Shown here piece by piece: positions 57,026 to 64,000 of a DNA stretch of 64,000 bases. Position 1 is the stretch's first letter; each line of letters opens with the position of its first letter. The DNA comes from Candidatus Latescibacterota bacterium (lineage in GTDB: Bacteria > Latescibacterota > UBA2968 > UBA8231): assembly GCA_965243025.1 (NCBI GenBank), contig CBDETY010000003.1, forward strand, positions 2,464,001-2,528,000, read 5' to 3'. The notes beneath the pieces were generated by a model. The model ran no database searches and had not been told where the DNA came from. It saw nothing but the letters and a program-made list of their open reading frames with translations. A program made the position numbers and the translations under genes.

Positions 57026-58825
57026 TCATTCATACGGGTCGCTTCCCGGAGTGAGCACGGTGTGTGGCCCCCCCTGCCGCACCACCAGCAGCCTGTTCGC
57101 CGGCACCGACTCCACCGTCCGCACCCCCCCGCCCGGCCAGGCGATTTCAACCAGGTCCGCGCTCGACCCGGGGCCGAGCCCGAAGTGCGCGCGGCTGTCG
57201 CTGAACGACAGGTAGCTTCCGGCGCCGCTGACCGTGCGCACCTGCTCCCCGCCCGCGGCGACCAGCCGGATGCGCGCTCCGACGGCGTGCCGGTTTTCCC
57301 CGCTGCCGAACAGCTGCACCGTCAGCCAGTTGCCGGCGCTGGTCTCGTTCCGCAGCAAGGTCGCGGTGTCGTCCAGATTGACCACGAAAATGTCGATATC
57401 CCCGTCGTTGTCGTAGTCGGCGAAAGCGGCGCCGCGGCTGACTTTCTCGATCTCCATCCCGCATTCGGCAGCCGGAACCTCTTCAAGCCGACCTTCTCCC
57501 TCGTTGCGGAACAGCTGGTTACGCTGCCGGTAGGAGGTTCCCATGCTCTCCAGGTCGATCTGTGGATACACGTGGCCGTTGGCGACGAAAAGGTCGAGGT
57601 CCCCGTCGTTGTCCCAATCGAAGAACGCGGTTCCCCAGCCCAGCATTTCGAGGGTCGGCCGCTCCAGCCCGGCAAGTCGGGTTACGTCCCGGAAACGGCC
57701 GCTCCCGTCGTTGCGGTAAAGAGTGTTGCTCTCGCGGAAGAAGTGGGTGACGTAGAGATCCGTGTCCCCGTCGCCATCGTAATCTCCGGCGCCGATTCCC
57801 ATGCCGGCCTCTTCCTTTCCCTGGGCGTTGTAGGCGACCCCGGCCTTGAGCCCGGTTTCGCTGAAGGTGCCGCCCCCGTCGTTGCGGAAAACGAGGTTGG
57901 GGGTCTTGTCGTTGGCCACGAACAGATCGGTGTCCCCGTCCCTGTCGAGATCCGCGGGGAGCACGCCGAGGCCGTAATAGCGGTTTGCCCACGCAATGCC
58001 GGAAGCCCTGGTCACGTCGGTAAAGCGGTTGCCTCCCTCGTTGCGGTAGAGCACGTCGCCGCCGCGCGGCAGACCCTGGGGACCGCAGTAGATCTCGAAC
58101 CCCCCGTAGGTGCATGTCCTGCCTGGAGGCTTTCCGGGGTCGTAGACGAGATAGGTGGTGGCGTAGAGGTCGAGGTCTCCGTCGTTGTCGCAGTCGAAGA
58201 AGGCGGCGCTGGCGCTGTAGTCGTTTCCCGCCACGCCGGCTCTTGCGGTGACATCCTCGAACGACCCGCTGGCGAGGTTGTGGTAGAGGATGTTGGGGCC
58301 GTAATTGGTCACGTACAGGTCGCCGTAACCGTCTCCGTCTATGTCGCCCACGGTGCAGCCCATGCCCCAGCCCCGGTCTCCTGTACCAGTTGAACCGGTG
58401 ACGTCCGCAAACGATCCCGTCCCCTTGTTGCGGTAAAGGACGTTGCCCGGACCTGATTTCTGCAGGTAGGTGTCGACGGTGGATCCGTTGACGGCGTAGA
58501 GATCGAGGGCGCCGTCGTTGTCGTAGTCGAAGAAGGCGGCCCCGCCACCCATGGTCTCGATGATGTGATTCTTCACCTCCCCGCCCGAGACATGGAAGAA
58601 TTCGACTCCGGCGGCTTTCGTCTGGTCCGTGAAGTCGCTGCCGCCCGCGTTGGGAAGAAACCATGACAGAACCAGAAAGACCCCTGTCGGGAAGCACCGC
58701 TTTTCCCGGCGAAAACCCCAACGGCACCCCGCTTTTCCCGGCTTCCCCGGCGGGCTGGCGTTTTCCCCGACAGGTGGACCCCGCCTGCTGCCGCCCGGAC
58801 TATCGGTGTCTGGCCTGACCTTCAT
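57026..58825 (-). CDS. Secreted CRTAC1-family protein (FG-GAP plus ASPIC/UnbV)
   Basis: 'IIETMGGGAAFFDYDNDG.LD', repeated 'D.DGDG' loops, 'NRHAVGARI...GSYLS..DSRAHFGLG'. Start uncertain; the nearest in-frame ATG is 58825. Confidence 0.88.
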   Translation of the reverse strand: MKVRPDTDSPGGSRRGPPVGENASPPGKPGKAGCRWGFRREKRCFPTGVFLVLSWFLPNAGGSDFTDQTKAAGVEFFHVSGGEVKNHIIETMGGGAAFFDYDNDGALDLYAVNGSTVDTYLQKSGPGNVLYRNKGTGSFADVTGSTGTGDRGWGMGCTVGDIDGDGYGDLYVTNYGPNILYHNLASGSFEDVTARAGVAGNDYSASAAFFDCDNDGDLDLYATTYLVYDPGKPPGRTCTYGGFEIYCGPQGLPRGGDVLYRNEGGNRFTDVTRASGIAWANRYYGLGVLPADLDRDGDTDLFVANDKTPNLVFRNDGGGTFSETGLKAGVAYNAQGKEEAGMGIGAGDYDGDGDTDLYVTHFFRESNTLYRNDGSGRFRDVTRLAGLERPTLEMLGWGTAFFDWDNDGDLDLFVANGHVYPQIDLESMGTSYRQRNQLFRNEGEGRLEEVPAAECGMEIEKVSRGAAFADYDNDGDIDIFVVNLDDTATLLRNETSAGNWLTVQLFGSGENRHAVGARIRLVAAGGEQVRTVSGAGSYLSFSDSRAHFGLGPGSSADLVEIAWPGGGVRTVESVPANRLLVVRQGGPHTVLTPGSDPYE

Positions 58826-59633
58826 GGCACGCGTTCTGACGCTCTCCCTGATCGGGCTCTGTTTCGCCGCAAGGACAGGCGCAGAAGAATCAGTGGAAAG
58901 CATCACCGTCGATCTCCACGGCGGGACGATGATGGAGTTCGTGTGGATTCCTCCCGGCAGCTTCCTGATGGGTTCTCCGGTCTCGGACCCCGAACGCGGC
59001 AAGGACGAGGACCCTGCGCACGAAGTTGTCATCAGCCGGGGTTTCTTCCTGGGAAAATACGAGATCACCCAGTCGCAGTGGGTCGCGATCATGGGTACGG
59101 CGCCGTGGACGGGCAAGAAGCATGTCGAACGCCACCCCGACCACCCGGCCTCCTACATCTCCTGGACCTCGGTGCAGGAGTTCCTGCGAAGGGTCAACGA
59201 CGCGGCCGGAGAGCAGCTCTACCGGCTGCCGACCGAGGCGGAGTGGGAGTACGCCTGCCGGGCGGGGACCTCCGGGAGGCGCTTCTTCGGAGAGTACGAA
59301 AACCGCCTCGGCGACTATGCGTGGTTCATCGAGAACGGCCCCAAGGCCGGCCTGGGGTACGCCCAGCCGGTGGGGGAGAAGCTGCCCAACCCATGGGGGC
59401 TTCACGACATCTACGGAAACGTCTGGGAGTGGGTCCAGGACCGGTACTCCCCCTACAACGCGATGGCGCGCCAGGTCGACCCGGCCGGTCCTCCTTCCGG
59501 CACCGCGAGGGTCATGCGCGGCGGCGGTTTCGTCAACCACGCCCGCAACGTGCGCTCGGCAAAGCGCTTCAGCCACGACCCGTCCCTGCGCTTCAGCGCC
59601 ATCGGGGCGCGGCTGGTCCGGACCCGAAAGTAA
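58824..59633 (+). CDS. Secreted formylglycine-generating enzyme (FGE/SUMF1) domain protein
   Basis: 'FVWIPPGSFLMGS', 'E.PAHEV.I...F.LGKYEITQ.QW', 'YRLPTEAEWEYACRAG', 'PNPWGLHDIYGNVWEWVQD', 'RGG', 'IGARL'. Signal peptide; lacks the catalytic Cys pair. Confidence 0.9.
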   Translation: MARVLTLSLIGLCFAARTGAEESVESITVDLHGGTMMEFVWIPPGSFLMGSPVSDPERGKDEDPAHEVVISRGFFLGKYEITQSQWVAIMGTAPWTGKKHVERHPDHPASYISWTSVQEFLRRVNDAAGEQLYRLPTEAEWEYACRAGTSGRRFFGEYENRLGDYAWFIENGPKAGLGYAQPVGEKLPNPWGLHDIYGNVWEWVQDRYSPYNAMARQVDPAGPPSGTARVMRGGGFVNHARNVRSAKRFSHDPSLRFSAIGARLVRTRK

Positions 59634-59708
59634 CGGTTCCGGCCGCGGCCGCCCCCCTTCCATCCCCTTTTCCGCCTTTCTTCCCGTCGATCCCCGGTTG
59701 GTGAATAG

Positions 59709-61691
59709 GTGAAACAGATTCCCCCCACTCATCAGCCCCGGGTTTCGAGGGGAGGGCCAGGCCCCGCCGACCTCGAGGGAATCCCGGTGCGCGGCATCCT
59801 GATCGGGGCGGTGCTGGCATGCCTGCTCAACGTCTTCGACGCCTATGCGACCAACATCATCCGCGGCTCCTACCTGACCCTCAACTTCAGCACCCCGGCA
59901 GCCCTCTTTTTCTTCTTCTTCGCGGTGATCGCCGCCGGCCTGACCGGGCTCGCCCACCGCGCCTTCGCCCTGGCGCGGTCGGAGCTGATCACCATCTACT
60001 TCATGCTGGTCGTGGCCTGCTGCATTCCCGGGATGGGCTTCACCCAGTTCATGATCCCCTGCCTCCTCGGTTCCACCTACTACGCCACCCAGGAAAACAA
60101 CTGGGATTTCCTCTACAACCAGTACATCCCGCAATGGATGATCCCGCAGGGGGAGAACGTCGCCCGCTACTTCTTCGAAGGGCTTCCCGAGGGAGGGGCG
60201 ATTCCCTGGGAGGCGTGGGCGGGGCCCCTCAGTCTGTGGTACGGCTTCTTCCTGGCGCTCGCCTTCGCAATGATCTGCAGCATGGTCATCCTCCGCCGGC
60301 AGTGGGCCGACCGGGAAAAACTGGTGTACCCACTGGTTCAGGTGCCGATGGAAATGATCGAGAAGGAACGGGGCGGGATCATCGGCAGGTCGTTCTTCAC
60401 CAACAAGGTGATGTGGGCGGGGTTTGCGGTGTCCTTCATCCTGATCAGCGTCAACGGACTGCATTCCTACTACCCGTCCTTTCCCCAGCTCTCAAGGCAC
60501 GTCAGCCTGCCTTTGTTCGGGAATACCAGCCTTCATTTCTGGTTCAGCCCGCCCTGGACCGGGTTCTTCTACTTCGTCAACCTCGACATCACCGCCTCCA
60601 TCTGGATCTTCTACCTCTTCACCACCCTCCAGCGCGCCGTTTTCAATACCGTCGGGCTGCAGAGCACCCAGCGCATCGATTTCTACTCGATAGATCCCTA
60701 CCTCGCCCACCAGGGAATGGGATCGATGATCGTCTTCGTCCTGGTCGGCCTGTGGGTTGCCCGGGGGCACCTGAAGGCTGTTCTCGCCAGGGCCCTCCAC
60801 GGGGGCGGCGGGATCGACGACAGCGGCGAGATCATCTCCTACAGGCAGGCGGTCTTCGGCCTCTTCGCGGGGCTTCTGCTGGTCGCCTTCTGGCTGACGG
60901 CGATCGGGCTGCCGTTTCCCGCGGCCCTGCTGTTCGTTTTCGGGGCGATGGTGCTTTTCATGGGGTTGACGAGGGTGGTCGCGGAGGGAGGCATCCCCGC
61001 CATGCGGCCCCCGATCATGACCTCGAGTTTCGTCATTTCGGCGATCGGTCCCTCGGCGCTGGGGGCATCCGGCCTCGTCGCCCTGGGGTTCTCGTACGGA
61101 TGGCACGCCGAGATCCGCTCGTTCGTGATGTCTTCGGTCGCCAACGGCCTCAAGATGAGCGAGATAATCACCGGCTCGAAGCGCCGACTGTTCTGGGCCG
61201 TGGTCATCGCCGTTCTCGTCAGTCTCGCCGGCTCCTCCTACGTCACCATCGTCATGGCGTACAAGTACGGCGGCATCAATCTCAACCCGCTCTTCTTCGT
61301 CAACCAAGCCCCCCAGTTCGCCCCCCGCGACATGGCCCCCCGCATCGCCGCGGAGCTCGCCGGGCCGCGCTGGGACGCCTGGCTGTTCATGGGAATCGGG
61401 GGTGCGGTCATGGGGGCCCTGATGTGGGCGCGTCACAACTTCCTGTGGTGGCCCCTGAACCCGCTCGGATACACGATCAGCGCCAACTGGAAGACGGGCC
61501 ACATCTTCTGCGCGGCCCTGCTGGCCTGGTTCCTCAAGCTGGTGATCCTGCGCTACGGCGGCCCCCAGCTGTACCGGAACCTGCGCCCCTTTTTCCTCGG
61601 ATTGATCCTCGGGGAGATCATCGCCGCCGGCGGCTGGCTGGTGGCCGACTACCTCACCGGACACATCGGCAGCTTCCTGACCCAGATCTGA
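59709..61691 (+). CDS. DUF6785/DUF6784-like polytopic inner-membrane protein (putative transporter)
   Basis: Paralog of 36043-37986: 'RRQW..REKLVYPLVQVP', 'PYLAHQG.G', 'WWPLNPLG', 'LRYGG..LYR.LRPFFLGLILG'. Confidence 0.8.
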   Translation: MKQIPPTHQPRVSRGGPGPADLEGIPVRGILIGAVLACLLNVFDAYATNIIRGSYLTLNFSTPAALFFFFFAVIAAGLTGLAHRAFALARSELITIYFMLVVACCIPGMGFTQFMIPCLLGSTYYATQENNWDFLYNQYIPQWMIPQGENVARYFFEGLPEGGAIPWEAWAGPLSLWYGFFLALAFAMICSMVILRRQWADREKLVYPLVQVPMEMIEKERGGIIGRSFFTNKVMWAGFAVSFILISVNGLHSYYPSFPQLSRHVSLPLFGNTSLHFWFSPPWTGFFYFVNLDITASIWIFYLFTTLQRAVFNTVGLQSTQRIDFYSIDPYLAHQGMGSMIVFVLVGLWVARGHLKAVLARALHGGGGIDDSGEIISYRQAVFGLFAGLLLVAFWLTAIGLPFPAALLFVFGAMVLFMGLTRVVAEGGIPAMRPPIMTSSFVISAIGPSALGASGLVALGFSYGWHAEIRSFVMSSVANGLKMSEIITGSKRRLFWAVVIAVLVSLAGSSYVTIVMAYKYGGINLNPLFFVNQAPQFAPRDMAPRIAAELAGPRWDAWLFMGIGGAVMGALMWARHNFLWWPLNPLGYTISANWKTGHIFCAALLAWFLKLVILRYGGPQLYRNLRPFFLGLILGEIIAAGGWLVADYLTGHIGSFLTQI

Positions 61692-61698
61692 GCCTCGG

Positions 61699-63456
61699 TC
61701 ATGACCGGGGCGGAATCACCGGCAGGACGATGTGGGAGGGCCTCATCGAATCGCGCATGACGGTGTTGATCGCCGGCTGCCCCGAGGCCTCCCGGTGGAT
61801 TGGCCCGCCGCTGTTGAGGTTGCGGTCGAACCGGGGAAAGCTGCTGCTGGTCACCACCACCCTGATGCGGTGCCCCTCGAGGAAGACATTGCTGGTCGCC
61901 CACAAGTCGACCTCGAAGCGGTAGACCTTGCCCGGGTCCAGCAGCCTGGGATTGGCAAACGATTCCCGGTAACGAGCCCGCAGGATGCCGTCGCACACCG
62001 GGCGGGAGTACCCGTCCGGATGCACGTCGGTCAGGCGCACCACCCAGTCGGTGTCGGGAGCTGACGACATCCCGAAGAGCACCGCCCTCACCGGACCGGT
62101 GACCTCCAGCTCCTCCCGCAGCGGTTCGCTCGTGTAGGTGAGGCAGATCCCGTCGACCGGGCGCTGGTCTATCACCCCGTCGGAAATGTGAAGGGTGTTG
62201 CCCCCCAGGGTGGGGACCGGCTTCTCCGGATCGTAGAGAAAGCTGTCGGGACTGTCGGCTCCGGCCGGTGCTTCCCTGGACAGGGTTCCGTCGTTCAGGG
62301 ACGCGATCGATCCGCTCGTTCCGCCGCGAAAGAAGAAACTGGTGTACTCCGTATCTGGCAGCGGCCAGTCCGGTTCGTCCCGCCACTCGTTGCGCCCCAT
62401 CACGAAGATGCGGACCGGCGGCTCGTCCATGACGCCGTTGTCGATTCCCTTGAGCCAGTAGTCGAACCAGGGCAGGCGCATCCCGTTGAAATCCCCGGCG
62501 GCCCCGGGACCGAAGTCGAACTCGCCGGCGACCTGCTTGCCGATGTTCGGCGAGCCGTGGACCCAGGGACCGATGATGAGCTTCTGGCCCCGGCGCGCCT
62601 CTTCGGTGCGCGCCCGCGCCTTCATCCCCATGTAGTTCTTCAGGGTGCCGGCGAGAAAGATGTCGAACCACCCCCCCTGGTGATACGCCGGGGTCTCGAC
62701 CTGGTCGTGGTAGGGCTCGATGTTGAACTCGTCCCAGTACGGGCCCGCCTCCGGGTGTTCGAGCCACACGTTGTGCCAGTCGCTCAGTCCCTCGAGGAAC
62801 CGGCACGGGTAGACGGGCAGCCTTCCGAACCAGTCCTCCATCTCCTCACCCACCTTGCGCAGCAGCTTCCTCTGGCGCTCGAGCTCCGCCCCTTCGGCGA
62901 GGTGTTCGATATTCATCCCGGTGACCGTGCGCGCCCAGGCGGTGCTGAATCCGAGCTCGAACGCCCCGTCCCGGTAGACCCACTCCCGCTGGTAGTCGGC
63001 GGAGGATTCGCGCACGAACAGGGCCCGCAGATGGGGGGGCCGGCTCAACGCCGCCTGGTACTGGGTCGCCCCGGAGTAGGAGCCGCCGATCATGCCGACC
63101 CTGCCGTTGCACCAGGGTTGGGCGGCAAGCCACTCGACCGTGTCGTAGCCGTCGCGGTTGACGCCGGCCCCGTCGTCCCTGAAGGGCTGGAAGTCGCCGT
63201 CCGAGGCGCACCTGCCGCGCACGTCCTGAATGACCACCGCGTACCCCCTGGTGGCGAAGAACCGGGGCGAGCCCACCGCGTTTTCCGATGCCCCGTCCTT
63301 GTTGTAGGGGGTGCGCTCCACCAGGACGGGGAACGGCCCTTCGGCATCGGGCCGCGTCAGGTCGCCGCGCAGAATCGTTCCGTCCCGCATCGGCATTTCG
63401 AGGTCCTTCTCGAATACCGTCTCGTGGCGGGGTTGCGAGAGGAGTTCCGGGTTCAC
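61699..63456 (-). CDS. CocE/NonD family serine hydrolase (peptidase S15)
   Basis: 'MRDG..L..D', 'RTPYNK', 'QDVRGR..S.G', 'DGYDTVEW.A.QPWCNGRVGMIGGSY', 'GGWFD', 'IGPWVH'. GTG start after a GAAAGGA RBS. Confidence 0.93.
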   Translation of the reverse strand: MNPELLSQPRHETVFEKDLEMPMRDGTILRGDLTRPDAEGPFPVLVERTPYNKDGASENAVGSPRFFATRGYAVVIQDVRGRCASDGDFQPFRDDGAGVNRDGYDTVEWLAAQPWCNGRVGMIGGSYSGATQYQAALSRPPHLRALFVRESSADYQREWVYRDGAFELGFSTAWARTVTGMNIEHLAEGAELERQRKLLRKVGEEMEDWFGRLPVYPCRFLEGLSDWHNVWLEHPEAGPYWDEFNIEPYHDQVETPAYHQGGWFDIFLAGTLKNYMGMKARARTEEARRGQKLIIGPWVHGSPNIGKQVAGEFDFGPGAAGDFNGMRLPWFDYWLKGIDNGVMDEPPVRIFVMGRNEWRDEPDWPLPDTEYTSFFFRGGTSGSIASLNDGTLSREAPAGADSPDSFLYDPEKPVPTLGGNTLHISDGVIDQRPVDGICLTYTSEPLREELEVTGPVRAVLFGMSSAPDTDWVVRLTDVHPDGYSRPVCDGILRARYRESFANPRLLDPGKVYRFEVDLWATSNVFLEGHRIRVVVTSSSFPRFDRNLNSGGPIHREASGQPAINTVMRDSMRPSHIVLPVIPPRS

Positions 63457-63654
63457 GGACGGGATCCTTTCAGTTCGGTTGCGAGCCTGCCGGTCATGTC
63501 CGGACAGCGCCTTATCGGAGGAGGCTGGCGGCAGCGGCAAAAACGGCTGGCACCCATGCGTTCCGGGAATACCGCACGCAGGGCAACGAGGTGCTCCGCC
63601 CGCTACCGGTCCGGCCGCAGGCTTGCCGCGAAACCCGGACAGGCCAGGCTGCGC

Positions 63655-64000
63655 TCACGGAAGCGCCTCGAGGAGGCGGTCGATGTCGTCGTGGTTGTTG
63701 TACACCGAAGGGGACAGGCGCATCTTGTTGCCGAAGCGCATCGCAATGTGGACGGCGTTCTTCCGGCAGGCGGCCATCGCCCCTTCCGGGTCGGGGGCGG
63801 TGAAGGCGAGTATAGGACTCTCGTTGCCTTTCGGCGTGATCGATTCGTACCCCCTGCGAGGCAGCTCTTCCTGCAGGCGGCCGGCCAACTCCCGCGAGTG
63901 GCTGCGTATGTTGCCGACCCCGAGGCCCAGGATGTACGCGATACTCTCCGTGGCGCATACCACTCCCTCGTAGGAGGGGTAGCTGACCTCGTAGGCGCCT
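63655..64000 (-). CDS. Aminotransferase class V / PLP-dependent enzyme, C-terminal part (runs off the window)
   Basis: 'YEVSYPS...AYILGLGV.NI' and the C-terminal 'MRLSPSVYNNHDDIDRLLEAL' are typical of class V enzymes. Confidence 0.75.
   Translation of the reverse strand, partial: GAYEVSYPSYEGVVCATESIAYILGLGVGNIRSHSRELAGRLQEELPRRGYESITPKGNESPILAFTAPDPEGAMAACRKNAVHIAMRFGNKMRLSPSVYNNHDDIDRLLEALP

Noticed and set aside
58824-59633. True sulfatase-maturing FGE for the sulfatase at 5479-6843
   Set aside because: It lacks the catalytic Cys pair after 'RGG' and has a signal peptide, whereas the sulfatase appears cytoplasmic.
1-64000. CRISPR arrays, tRNA/rRNA genes, IS elements or prophage
   Set aside because: I saw no regularly spaced repeat array, cloverleaf or rRNA-like sequence, and no transposase, integrase or phage motifs. 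This was reading by eye, so small RNAs could have been missed.

Overview
High-GC bacterial genomic DNA. I found no rRNA, tRNA, CRISPR array, integrase or transposase. The gene content (FlgD-Ig C-terminal domain proteins, CRTAC1/ASPIC-UnbV FG-GAP proteins, DUF6785-like membrane proteins, PhyH dioxygenases) suggests a Latescibacterota/Gemmatimonadota-like FCB-group organism, possibly host-associated; this is inference only. About 34 real genes are present, and most other ORFs in the track are GC-rich shadow frames. The left part encodes catabolic enzymes (PL26-like lyase, sulfatase, idnD, uxuA-like, tandem PhyH, GH106-like), a Phd/VapC toxin-antitoxin pair, a secreted protein with duplicated pentraxin-like domains, an extracellular nuclease, phnYZ, a sugar ABC transporter and a cold-shock gene. 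The best candidate for an undescribed system is a minus-strand cluster at 41962-56694. It contains a secreted CBM9/DOMON-like protein, four paralogous secreted discoidin/Ig proteins with a shared 'TPNGDG..N' FlgD-Ig C-terminus ending in Tyr, a large orphan predicted outer-membrane beta-barrel, and a SurA/PrsA-like foldase. It is flanked on both sides by CRTAC1-type proteins and DUF6785-like inner-membrane proteins. The secreted family shows signs of diversification: two tandem paralogs have a constant scaffold with variable loops, one carries a G10 tract, and a fifth paralog (2762-5326) is interrupted by an in-frame TGA at a conserved Trp. All family assignments come from motif recognition by eye, not database searches.
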